From the NCBI GenBank assembly GCA_964518565.1, contig CAZFGX010000001.1:734568-798567 (forward strand): DNA of 64,000 nucleotides, read 5' to 3'. The position numbers and the translations under genes are program-made. Shown piece after piece: positions 47,668-56,910 of the stretch. Every line of letters starts with the position of its first letter. Position 1 is the stretch's first letter. The notes beneath the pieces are model-generated. The model did not search any database. It saw only the letters and a program-made list of their open reading frames with translations, and had not been told where the DNA came from. The stretch is from an uncultured Gammaproteobacteria bacterium (GTDB taxonomy: Bacteria > Patescibacteriota > Microgenomatia > CAZETR01 > Amesbacteraceae).

Positions 47668-48102
47668 ATGGTGGGGTATAGTGCATCTATGAAACAAAAA
47701 GATATCTCCACTCTACTCCATGAAATAAACAGCCCTTTAGCTTCGATGCAGGCCATCCTCTTCACCTTACCTATAGACAAAAAAATTCAATCTCGCCTGA
47801 CCCATCACATACACCGACTTAGCCAAGCCAGCCAAGTGCTTTCAGAATATTTATCCCCACAAAACGCAACCAAAGATACACTTGAAAGACTACTTTCCAT
47901 CTACACAAAAAGCCCTCCACAAATAATCAACAATATTTATACCTGGCCAAAAAACTCCAGCACTTCTTCAACACAATTTGATCAAGTACTTTGGCAACTC
48001 ATCACCAAGATTGCAGATAGTTTAGATATCCGTCTGAAACAAGAACCAGATCTAATCTGTCTCGACCTTAAACACGTAGCCAAATCCTCGAACCGAATGT
48101 AA
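47668..48102 (+). CDS. Hypothetical protein with a stand-alone histidine-kinase H-box-like (HisKA-like) segment
   Basis: LLHEINSPLASMQAIL resembles the H-box HE(L/I)xTPL. No ATPase domain. The 3' end overlaps the convergent response-regulator gene. Confidence 0.3.
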   Translation: MVGYSASMKQKDISTLLHEINSPLASMQAILFTLPIDKKIQSRLTHHIHRLSQASQVLSEYLSPQNATKDTLERLLSIYTKSPPQIINNIYTWPKNSSTSSTQFDQVLWQLITKIADSLDIRLKQEPDLICLDLKHVAKSSNRM

Positions 48103-48732
48103 TAATTTCTCCCGATATCCAGTATCAATTTTCTTACGCAAATAGCCCATGTATACATCCACCACCCGACTTTCCACATCAAAATTGTACGCCCAGACAT
48201 GATTCAAAATCATCTCCCGGCTTAAAACTACACCCACATGACTCATCAAATATTCCAACAATTTAAACTCATGTGTTGTGAGCGAAATTATTGCCCCATC
48301 CCGTTTTACTTCAATCCGTTTCGCATCTAATTCCAATCCGTGATAACTCAGCACACCGGTGTTTGTAGTTTGCTGGCGCAAACGAGCCCGTATCCGAGCG
48401 ATTAACTCTTCTGGCACAAACGGCTTTGTGACATAGTCATCAGCACCCAAATTCAACACTTCTACCTTCTCGTGCGTTCCAGTTTTGGCCGTCAAAATAA
48501 TAATTGGCAGATTCGGATGCAATTGACGCAATTGTTTACACACACCCTCTCCGGTCAAATCTGGCAGAGTTAAATCTAAAAGCACCACATCTGGCACAGC
48601 CTTCTCAACCAACTGTATACCTTCGCTACCCTTTGCAGAGACATGTACGACATATCCCTGCTGAGTTAGCAAATCCCGTAAAAACACCTGAATATCGGCA
48701 TCATCTTCTATTACCAAAATAGTAGTCGACAT
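48052..48732 (-). CDS. OmpR/PhoB-family response regulator (receiver + winged-helix)
   Basis: ILVIEDDADI...VVLLDLTLPD...IIILTAK receiver. EFKLLEYLMSH...VRGFGYVF winged-helix. Confidence 0.8.
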   Translation of the reverse strand: MSTTILVIEDDADIQVFLRDLLTQQGYVVHVSAKGSEGIQLVEKAVPDVVLLDLTLPDLTGEGVCKQLRQLHPNLPIIILTAKTGTHEKVEVLNLGADDYVTKPFVPEELIARIRARLRQQTTNTGVLSYHGLELDAKRIEVKRDGAIISLTTHEFKLLEYLMSHVGVVLSREMILNHVWAYNFDVESRVVDVYMGYLRKKIDTGYREKLLHSVRGFGYVFKVETD

Positions 48733-48753
48733 GGCGTTCAGTATACTACAGCT

Positions 48754-49836
48754 TTAAACAGTACGTTCAACCGTATAAATGGCCACACCCTGCAAAAAAT
48801 CAATTGCTTCTCCATCCAAATCCATACTTCGCAGCGCCTCTGCCGCATCCACTGCTTTTTGCGCAAAATCTCGAGAAATCTGACGGTTATATTCCAAAGC
48901 CCCACTTTCGGATATTGCCTGCTTCGCTGCCAACACATCATCCACCGTAGCCTTCTTATTACCCCATACACGTTCAAACGCCTCTTTTTGGACTATATTA
49001 CCTAACTCCAGAGTTTTTAGTGCCAACAATGTCCGCTTACCTTGTCGCAAATCCGAATCCGCAGATTTACCTGTTTTTTCAGTGTCTCCAAACACTCCCA
49101 AAATATCATCCTGTATTTGAAATGCTAACCCTCCATACAAAGCATATGTGTGCAACATATCTCGCACGGATTGTGGCAATCGAGCAAAAATAGCTCCCAA
49201 CATTAAAGGATTCTGATAAGTATACAAACTCGTCTTTGCCGTATGTACCGCCAACACATCTTGCTCTGACCAAGATTGAGCAAACTCCATGTGCACATCA
49301 TGAGCTTGACCCATGACCGTCTGCATAATCGTCCGCTGTAAATGAGTGACTCCTTCCACCACCAGCGCCGGATCTAGACCACAACGAGACAGTGTTTCAA
49401 ATCCCAGTGCTAAAACCAAATCTCCAACACACACCGCCATACTATCACCATAATGTTGTCCATAAGTTCCAGCAAAAAAAGCCTGAGTAGTTGGCAACCC
49501 ACGTCGCAAGACATCTTCATCCATAAAGTCGTCATGCATCAAAAGTGCTGTGTGTACCAACTCGACAGCAACAGCTGCTTGCCATACGCCATCAGGTACC
49601 GATCTCCCTGTCAATTCATAAGCCACAGTCACAAACGCACTTCGTATCCGTTTCGACGGTGCCAAATTATGACCCATCGCATGCAAAATCATCTCATTTG
49701 CCAAATCCTTTTGCCCCTGACTAAACCCTGAATTCAAAGCCAACTCCTTCTCCCAAACAGCCTTCAACTTTTTGTCAATCACAGGCACAAAGGTTTTCAA
49801 TCGTTCTCGCGCTGCATCTGCAAGTGCAGTATTCAT
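48754..49836 (-). CDS. trans-Polyprenyl diphosphate synthase (IspA/GGPPS family)
   Basis: First DDxxD LLMHDDFMDED. Second DDxxD QIQDDILGVFGD. Confidence 0.8.
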   Translation of the reverse strand: MNTALADAARERLKTFVPVIDKKLKAVWEKELALNSGFSQGQKDLANEMILHAMGHNLAPSKRIRSAFVTVAYELTGRSVPDGVWQAAVAVELVHTALLMHDDFMDEDVLRRGLPTTQAFFAGTYGQHYGDSMAVCVGDLVLALGFETLSRCGLDPALVVEGVTHLQRTIMQTVMGQAHDVHMEFAQSWSEQDVLAVHTAKTSLYTYQNPLMLGAIFARLPQSVRDMLHTYALYGGLAFQIQDDILGVFGDTEKTGKSADSDLRQGKRTLLALKTLELGNIVQKEAFERVWGNKKATVDDVLAAKQAISESGALEYNRQISRDFAQKAVDAAEALRSMDLDGEAIDFLQGVAIYTVERTV

Positions 49837-49840
49837 GAAG

Positions 49841-51148
49841 TTACTTTACCGGCTTAGATAAGCTGTCCAAAAATTCTTTATTTGTGTCCACTTTTTTCAT
49901 TTTATTGATCAACAACTCTGTTCGTTCATCTTCATCCAACAAATCCAACATTCGACGCAATTGCATCACCTTATCGTATCGATCGCCCAACAATTTTTCT
50001 TCTCCTCGAGTTCCAGATCGCAACAGTTCATAAGCTGGAAAAATTCGTCTATCAGCTAATTTACGATCCAAATGCAATTCCATATTCCCAGTTCCTTTAA
50101 ATTCTTCATACACCAAATCGTCTTGGCGAGAACCAGTATCCACCAAACAAGTACCTAAAATAGTCAGACTTCCCCCTTCTTCACACTTTCGAGCTGCACC
50201 AAATGCCTTTTTTGCTGGATAAATAGCTTCGGCTGAAAATCCACCAGACATCATTCTGCCAGAATTTCCCGAGATCATGTTATAAGCTCGAGCTAACCGA
50301 GTAATAGAATCCAACAAAATAAATACATCTTTACCTAATTCGACCAATCGCTTAGCTCGTTCCAATGCCAATTCAGCAATACGCACCTGTTCCAAAGGTG
50401 GTTCATCAAAATGCGACGCAGCAACTTCACCTTTCAGATTTCGCGTCACTTCAGTTACCTCTTCTGGTCGCTCACCGATCAAAACCGCAATCAAATGTAC
50501 ATCTGGATAATTTTCGGTCAATGCTTGAGCAATATCTCTCATGAGCCATGTCTTACCAGCTTTTGGCTGGGCAACAATCAATCCACGTTGACCTTTTCCA
50601 ATTGGTGCAATCAAATCAATGATCCGCGTAGACAACACTTCTGGCTTCGTCTCCAATATCAATTGTTCATCAGGAAATACTGCAGTCATCGAATCAAATT
50701 CTGGTCTATTTGCCGCCTCTTCTGCTGGCAATTCATTTACTTTTTCTACCTTCAGCAAACCCCAATATCGTTCGTTATCTTTTGGCTCACGTGCTTGACC
50801 ACCCACCATATCCCCCGGCCGCAAATTGAATCGACGAACCTGAGAAGCTGAAATATACACATCCTTAGAAGACGGGGTCATCTTAGGTCTCAAGTAGCCA
50901 TGACCATCAGGAGTAATATCCAAAAAGCCTTCTACATACTCAGTTGGCAATCCTGCATCTGGCAAAATCCGATCATCCACTACACCATTAAAATTATCGA
51001 CTGGAGCAGCTGGTCGGTTTGTCGGACGAACTGGTGCCTGGGCTGGCCGAGGCCCAACTCGACCCACGACACGCACCACACCTGGACGCATCACAGACCG
51101 TATAGATGAAGGAGAACCATTCTCCACAGGATCAACAGTATCTGGCAT
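49841..51148 (-). CDS. rho: Transcription termination factor Rho
   Basis: [40 protein letters not shown] is the Rho Walker-A region. Confidence 0.85.
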   Translation of the reverse strand: MPDTVDPVENGSPSSIRSVMRPGVVRVVGRVGPRPAQAPVRPTNRPAAPVDNFNGVVDDRILPDAGLPTEYVEGFLDITPDGHGYLRPKMTPSSKDVYISASQVRRFNLRPGDMVGGQAREPKDNERYWGLLKVEKVNELPAEEAANRPEFDSMTAVFPDEQLILETKPEVLSTRIIDLIAPIGKGQRGLIVAQPKAGKTWLMRDIAQALTENYPDVHLIAVLIGERPEEVTEVTRNLKGEVAASHFDEPPLEQVRIAELALERAKRLVELGKDVFILLDSITRLARAYNMISGNSGRMMSGGFSAEAIYPAKKAFGAARKCEEGGSLTILGTCLVDTGSRQDDLVYEEFKGTGNMELHLDRKLADRRIFPAYELLRSGTRGEEKLLGDRYDKVMQLRRMLDLLDEDERTELLINKMKKVDTNKEFLDSLSKPVK

Positions 51149-51273
51149 ATTAAATCAAATTTGTAGGAAGTTCATTGGGAATTGAGGCTAATTCTCTGGC
51201 AACCGAAAGCTTCCCCTTCAGTATAGCATGGCCACCACTTCTGTCAAGAAGTGACAAAAAAAAGCTCCAGGGG

Positions 51274-52563
51274 TCATATGACCCGCTGGAGCTCAATAGT
51301 ATGTTTATCTGCTCGAGTCACACCCCAAGAACACATCACAATCGGCAGCTCTAGCCGATCTGAAATATCTTGCAAATATGCTCTTTGATTACCCAACTCG
51401 ACCGATTCATAAACCGGCACAGCGTCAAACAATTGCCTCGTTACTTGTTCTCGAAAAATCAGATCTCTTTGTTCACCTTCAGGTATGTTTGTCCAAGTTT
51501 GTCCATGGACACGATACCCAGAAACCATTTGCCACACCGGCAAATGACAGAGTTGATCGACATGGCTCACCACCAATCCATCAACATGACCCAATGCCGC
51601 CAATCCGTATCGCAGCATCAGCATATCCAAATAACCCACTCGAAAATGCTCTTGCCAGGGATTTGTTGGATTATGTATATCCGCCAATCGTTTTGTAAGA
51701 TCTTTGTCCTCAGACGGAAACGGTCCTGCCCCATGACGAGTAGCATACGCTCGCATCAATCCTAAAAATTGCTTTTGACCATCAAACTGCATTCGTCCTA
51801 ACAAATTCTGAGCATTATCGTATGTAATCGTACTCCAGGTGGTGTAAGGATGAAATCCTCTCCACTCATCCAAAAGCACCCCCTGAGCCCCCTCAAACAC
51901 CACTACACCATCAAGTCTACCCAACTGTAACAAATATGCTTCGTCTACCAAATTCAGCTGTTTTCCTACATGCAAGTACTCGTCCACCACATTTTCCAAA
52001 AAAACGTTTGCCTGAAATTGTGGTAATAAATACTGCTGTTTCAGTTCTCGAATTGCCAATAATTTTTGTCTCAGTATTGACCTGTTCTGCAAATCAGCTG
52101 CATACATAGTCAATTCCGGAAACTCCAAACTATCAGCGACTGTTTCACCTACACCCAATCCACAACTACCATGACGGTTTTGGCCTCGAGCTAATTCCTT
52201 TGCCATGTTAGTCATTTGTTGAAATGGTGTAATGACTCTCGCCCGCCGATCCACATATAAGCGTCCAAATGCATCAGTCACACCCACCTGCTGCAAACCT
52301 CGCTCTTCTTTAACCAAAGCCAAAGGATGCAAAATCATGTATTCAGACAAATAGGTATTAACACCGGGAATAAAAGTTCCGGCTCCAAATTGACTAAAAC
52401 GATGATGTCTCCCGTCCGGTGTTACAACATTATGTGCCGCTTGTGCTCCGCCGTTGTATCGCACTACCGTATGCACCGGCACAGTAGCAGCCAAATAGTC
52501 GACGACGCTGCCCTTACCAGCATCCCCAAACCCCAAATCTGCAATCACAATCGCCTGTTTCAT
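51274..52563 (-). CDS. Adenylosuccinate synthetase-family protein with a divergent active-site motif
   Basis: P-loop GFGDAGKGSVVD (GDEGKGK in canonical PurA). VVRYNGGAQAAHNV replaces the canonical VVRYQGGHNAGHT. ~430 aa. Start at MKQAIV. Confidence 0.65.
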   Translation of the reverse strand: MKQAIVIADLGFGDAGKGSVVDYLAATVPVHTVVRYNGGAQAAHNVVTPDGRHHRFSQFGAGTFIPGVNTYLSEYMILHPLALVKEERGLQQVGVTDAFGRLYVDRRARVITPFQQMTNMAKELARGQNRHGSCGLGVGETVADSLEFPELTMYAADLQNRSILRQKLLAIRELKQQYLLPQFQANVFLENVVDEYLHVGKQLNLVDEAYLLQLGRLDGVVVFEGAQGVLLDEWRGFHPYTTWSTITYDNAQNLLGRMQFDGQKQFLGLMRAYATRHGAGPFPSEDKDLTKRLADIHNPTNPWQEHFRVGYLDMLMLRYGLAALGHVDGLVVSHVDQLCHLPVWQMVSGYRVHGQTWTNIPEGEQRDLIFREQVTRQLFDAVPVYESVELGNQRAYLQDISDRLELPIVMCSWGVTRADKHTIELQRVI

Positions 52564-52614
52564 TTTAAACCTCAAAAAAAGGGCAGAAGGTTCCCCCTCT
52601 GCCCTAAATCACAC

Positions 52615-53655
52615 TCACAAACGCTTCGTTTTGGATTTACCACCGAAACCTGGTAGCAAATTACCGATTCCGGCGATTCCCGTCCCCGAAGGTTTGTACA
52701 ATTCCACAGCCTTACCTGCCGCGGCCACAGCACTCGCAGAAGCATGCCCAGACAACAATTGTGACTGAACATCAGCCCACCGTAATCCACTATCCAAAGC
52801 CATCACCGATAAAATCACCTCACACACCGCTTCATTATCAGTCAGCTGCAACACATGCTGACCCAACAAATTTTTCCACGTTCGCAATACTCGATCCTCA
52901 CCACTATGGTCCGCACCTGTCGGCATGATGTAAAACACTTCATATCGCTTTTTCAATTCAGACACAATGTGTTCGACCGAAATTGAGGCTTGCAACCGAT
53001 CGCCAATCAACCGCTCAACCTGAATTGGGTCTACTTGTCCATATGGCATCTCATCGCCAATCATAAACAAATAACCCTTTTGCCGGCGCTTGTTCCAACA
53101 GTCCAAATCCGTATGCCGTGCCATAAAGTACATCGCCAACTCATACGATTCTGTCATCTGACCACCACCGCCTCCTTCCAAAATTAGGTTCCGAAGCTGC
53201 TCATCCATCGCATTATCAGCCTCGAATTGTCCAATTTGCAGCGGCACCCGATCACAAGTCGCATCTCCAATTCCCCCAAACAAGATTTGTGGATGCTCCA
53301 CATACCCTCGAGTCATCAAAAGTCCCATCAGCTCCGGCAACTTTTTTTGCAACGCCATCGGAATCGAACCCATCGATCCTGTCACATCCAAAAGCACACC
53401 AACCGCCGTTGAACTGGGATGCCCAGCGGAATCTCGACTTTCACGTACAGTTACCCCATAAGGATTAAGAGTGTCGTGAACAGTATATCTTCCCGACGTA
53501 CGAGCCTTGGCGTCCCAATCAAAATCCGGCGTACCAGTAGCCTTTCGATGTCTGGCTAAGCGTTGATACTCATCAAGATCAATATTAAAATATCCCATGA
53601 TTTTTCCTCCATCTGCTAATGCGGCATCAAAAACGTATGAAACGCTCGTTTCCAA
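52615..53655 (-). CDS. Cytoplasmic von Willebrand factor A (vWA) domain protein with an intact MIDAS motif
   Basis: VLLDVTGSMGS (DxSxS-type MIDAS). No signal peptide or TM. The 5' end overlaps the upstream J-domain/kinase-like gene by 40 nt. Confidence 0.65.
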   Translation of the reverse strand: METSVSYVFDAALADGGKIMGYFNIDLDEYQRLARHRKATGTPDFDWDAKARTSGRYTVHDTLNPYGVTVRESRDSAGHPSSTAVGVLLDVTGSMGSIPMALQKKLPELMGLLMTRGYVEHPQILFGGIGDATCDRVPLQIGQFEADNAMDEQLRNLILEGGGGGQMTESYELAMYFMARHTDLDCWNKRRQKGYLFMIGDEMPYGQVDPIQVERLIGDRLQASISVEHIVSELKKRYEVFYIMPTGADHSGEDRVLRTWKNLLGQHVLQLTDNEAVCEVILSVMALDSGLRWADVQSQLLSGHASASAVAAAGKAVELYKPSGTGIAGIGNLLPGFGGKSKTKRL

Positions 53656-54638
53656 AGCGAATCTATCAAACGATTAAAATCTCTTATTAACACCACCGCA
53701 TCTTGCGGTCTTATTCGCACATTATCCAAAAGACATGCGCGAAAATAAGCATGAAACTTTTTATCTATCGTATTGGGCAAAGCTCCAGTTGAAACATCAC
53801 CTCCCAATAAATAGACCATTACCCGCGCAGCCATCGCAATATCCACCCCACAACCAGCTTCAGCTTTTGCCAAAACCTCCTTTGGATACCAGGCTTGATA
53901 TGGGCTTGATATAGCCGAAACCTTTTCTCCAACCCGAATACCATAGCACCAATCAATAAGTATCAATCCATGGCCATCAGGATGAACCAATACATGCTCA
54001 GGCAAAATTGCTCCATGGATAACATCCATTTGATGCCCTACTGCCATTGCCATCAGCAATCGTCTCCAAATCCACGCCATGTCTTTCGGATCAATTCCGT
54101 TTGGATACACATCATGAATTTGTTTCGCTGTATAAAACCCGGACATATACGACAACACATTTACTCGTCGGACAGTCCAGGTTGTTTGTTCACGAAAATC
54201 AAAGCTATTCAACAATCTCGGCACAAACATCAAAAACTTTTTATGTTCTGTTTGTGCTAAGCGTCTCAAAATCTCCGCCTCATGTTCAACCAAATCATTA
54301 TCCTGCGGATCTAAAGCAACCTTGCACACAACCTGCTCTTTATTTTGTGTTTGTGCTAGATAAATACTCGCCACATCACCTTCTGCCAGAACAGTATTTA
54401 GGGTATAGACTTCATTACCCGATGAAATTTGTCCCAGTATCTGCGGCAACCCAAAAGCTTCCCACAATTGCCCCAGTCGTTGAAAAACAGTCTCTGCATC
54501 GGTCTCATCTGCCACATCCGGATGCACAATTTTTGCCAAACCCAGATATGTTTTATGTGCGACTTTTGCATCTGAACCAAATAATTGTTCCGGTACCACC
54601 GCTGTCAATATCCGACTCTTTGCTTCGGAATAATTCAT
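53616..54638 (-). CDS. J-domain (DnaJ-like, HPD motif) fused to a protein-kinase-like domain with a degenerate catalytic loop (predicted pseudokinase)
   Basis: J-domain YLGLAKIVHPDVADETDAETVFQRLGQLWEAF. Kinase subdomains LAEGDVASIYLA (G-loop), VVCKVAL (VAIK), EHEAEILRRL (alphaC Glu), VIHGAILPEHVLV (HRDLKPEN-like with D->A, K->L, N->H), LIDWCYG (DFG-like). Confidence 0.5.
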   Translation of the reverse strand: MNYSEAKSRILTAVVPEQLFGSDAKVAHKTYLGLAKIVHPDVADETDAETVFQRLGQLWEAFGLPQILGQISSGNEVYTLNTVLAEGDVASIYLAQTQNKEQVVCKVALDPQDNDLVEHEAEILRRLAQTEHKKFLMFVPRLLNSFDFREQTTWTVRRVNVLSYMSGFYTAKQIHDVYPNGIDPKDMAWIWRRLLMAMAVGHQMDVIHGAILPEHVLVHPDGHGLILIDWCYGIRVGEKVSAISSPYQAWYPKEVLAKAEAGCGVDIAMAARVMVYLLGGDVSTGALPNTIDKKFHAYFRACLLDNVRIRPQDAVVLIRDFNRLIDSLWKRAFHTFLMPH

Positions 54639-54718
54639 TTCTCACCTTCCTTGTTAATGAGCGAGAGTTAGTGTCTAATGCACACTATACCTGAAGTTTA
54701 GTTATTGTCAAGTAAACA

Positions 54719-55468
54719 CTAATTCTCTGTTTTTATCGGTGTAGCCACCACAATCAACCGCTTCCAACTCGTCCCAGGCGGATAACATGTTTGCAATACC
54801 AACTGCTCCTTTTGATCTTGTGTTCGCAAATAGCTCAAATCTTTCGCGGCAATAATATGTCGCTCACTCATCTGATATCGATATAGTTTATCTTTATACA
54901 CAATCTGAATCTCATCCCCCAATTCCAGCCGATGTAGCAAATAAAAAATCGCATTATATCTTGCAAAATCCAAGCTAGATCCAACTGAATGAGCAAACAA
55001 ATAAGTCGTCCCCACCTGTCCAGGCACAGCCAATCCTTTTGCCGCTGCCACTCCTTGTTTCAAAGCTGCAGAGTATGCCCGAGAATCAAACGGATCTACC
55101 TCATCCACCACTCTAGACTTTGCCAAAATTTTTGGGATATAAATCGAATAATCTGAATCTGGTACACTCCAGGTTGGCTTACCCTTATCCTCTTTCGTAT
55201 ACACATGAACAATTTGATTAGGTTGGCTATTAGAAATCCGCTCCACCGCCCTACCTGCTGACGTCTGTCCAAACCCATATTTCATTTCCTCTCGCAACAC
55301 TGGCCACACCAACCACAAAACAAACAATACCCCGCCTACCACTACACCCAAACCAAATCGATCCAGAAATCGCACGACTCTTCGCAACCGGCTCAATTGC
55401 CGACCTACCGCCACTTCAGTCGTAACTTGTGGTGGAGAAGAACTCTCAAAGATTAGCCCTTCTTTCAT
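54719..55468 (-). CDS. Sortase (cysteine transpeptidase)
   Basis: N-terminal TM anchor. His motif TTYLFAHSVG. Active-site Cys in LVLQTCYPPG (TLxTC-like). Conserved Arg in RLIVVATP. Confidence 0.7.
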   Translation of the reverse strand: MKEGLIFESSSPPQVTTEVAVGRQLSRLRRVVRFLDRFGLGVVVGGVLFVLWLVWPVLREEMKYGFGQTSAGRAVERISNSQPNQIVHVYTKEDKGKPTWSVPDSDYSIYIPKILAKSRVVDEVDPFDSRAYSAALKQGVAAAKGLAVPGQVGTTYLFAHSVGSSLDFARYNAIFYLLHRLELGDEIQIVYKDKLYRYQMSERHIIAAKDLSYLRTQDQKEQLVLQTCYPPGTSWKRLIVVATPIKTEN

Positions 55469-55474
55469 AAATAT

Positions 55475-56257
55475 TTACCAAATCCTTTTTGCCAATGTCT
55501 TCACTCCAAATCCTATACCAAATACCCCTGCAGCACCCAATAATATCCAACCTTCGCCTCCAGTGTCTGGAGTAGTCTGTACCTTACCACAAAAACAACT
55601 CTTATCAGATGGACAACTTGGATTTCGACAAACTCCTTGAAAACAACCAAAACCCGCACCACAAGCCGAATCATTAGTACACATCTGGCCACAAGCACGA
55701 ATAATAGTCGGGGTTGGGGTTTTCGTTGTCACCAGTGTTGGTGTTCCAGTCGGCGGCTGACTCAAAATAGTCGTCGGAATTACAGCTACAGTTGGTGTTA
55801 CGCGCAATACTGGACGAGTTGGCAATGGGGTAATGGGTGGTGTCCCAGTTCCATCCCAACAATCACCCGAATACCACACCATGTACCCCAACAATTTACA
55901 TTCTGGATTCCATGTTCCATCTTGTCTCCGACAAGTTTTGTCATATAAAGACAATTGGATTGTCTTGCCACAAGCCGCAGTGCCAAAAGACTCAGAATTA
56001 CTCCAATATCCTTCCGATTCCAAACACTGATCCCATCTCCCAGAACAGGTATATTTCACCACCCCACCTGACTGACTCTGACATGTTCCTGTAGTTGGAT
56101 TACATCCCACATCGCAGCTGTATCGAGTCGCCGCAGTACCAGATCCACACAAATTTACATACGTCCCAGATCCATACGACAAAGCTGCGTGCGCCGTATC
56201 CGCCAACCCCGCCAAACCCAAAAGCATAAAAAGGCAAATGAAAACAAGGTATCTCAT
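55475..56257 (-). CDS. Secreted Cys-rich protein with a signal peptide, a PT-rich linker, a 'CRNP' cysteine module and a C-terminal sorting signal (candidate substrate of the adjacent sortase)
   Basis: Signal peptide MRYLVFICLFMLLGLAGLADTAHA. PT linker. CGQMCTNDSACGAGFGCFQGVCRNPSCP. C-terminus TTPDTGGEGWILLGAAGVFGIGFGVKTLAKRIW (motif + hydrophobic helix + basic tail). Confidence 0.6.
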   Translation of the reverse strand: MRYLVFICLFMLLGLAGLADTAHAALSYGSGTYVNLCGSGTAATRYSCDVGCNPTTGTCQSQSGGVVKYTCSGRWDQCLESEGYWSNSESFGTAACGKTIQLSLYDKTCRRQDGTWNPECKLLGYMVWYSGDCWDGTGTPPITPLPTRPVLRVTPTVAVIPTTILSQPPTGTPTLVTTKTPTPTIIRACGQMCTNDSACGAGFGCFQGVCRNPSCPSDKSCFCGKVQTTPDTGGEGWILLGAAGVFGIGFGVKTLAKRIW

Positions 56258-56910
56258 AAAGCCATCATAACGTACGATAACAAACGCACAGTGCGGAGAA
56301 CCCGCTGCACGGATTCATTGGCCTGCCCTACCAATGAATCACGCGTTACTCAGCAGATCCTCCGCACTAAGCGCGAATATAAATGGCTAATAAAAGTGCT
56401 ATATATCGACATTCTTTTTTATTGACAAAAAGAACTGTCAGATGTTAAGACTGTTAACAAGTGAAACCGCCGATATCTGTCCAGGCGTTTTCCGCTTAAA
56501 GGGCATTGCTATTCGTGGTCCTCAATCCTCTGTCGCAAGACAGAGGGATCCAGCGATGGCGATGCTCTTTTTTTTGGCCTACTTGCCAACAGTCATAGAT
56601 ATAAATCCTTGATTCATTTTTTGCATTTTCGATAACTGTGTACGCATCCAGATTGAACCCGCAGCATTAACTCCCCTACGTCTCGAAACGTCCTTTTTCT
56701 TCATAAAAGACAAGATCTGTTTCATTACCCGAAAGTTTACCATTCTACGTCAATTTACGCAATCCCATAGTTTATGTGTGTCAAAGTTGTCCACAGCCCA
56801 TAATATATAAACAACCCAAATAAATACATTAAAATAGCCATTTGTGGATAAACAAAATAAATCTCATATTATCTTAGGAACCAAAAAAACTATCTGTGGA
56901 TAACTCACTC
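56258..56910. other. 650-nt non-coding region with strong predicted RNA structure (candidate ncRNA and/or leader)
   Basis: No ORF longer than ~78 aa. Nested helix GTGCGGAG(56291)...CTCCGCAC(56378) encloses a 10-bp hairpin GATTCATTGG-loop-CCAATGAATC. GNRA-type hairpin CCTCTGTC-GCAA-GACAGAGG at ~56527-56546, followed 21 nt later by T8. Confidence 0.3.

Noticed and set aside
56258-56910. tmRNA, RNase P RNA or SRP RNA in the long intergenic region
   Set aside because: I looked for the tmRNA tag ORF ending ...AA-stop with a tRNA-Ala-like acceptor/T-arm, the RNase P GGAAAGTCCGG/P4 motifs, and the SRP domain-IV GNRA-symmetric-loop pattern. None is present on either strand, so the region is left as an unclassified structured RNA candidate.
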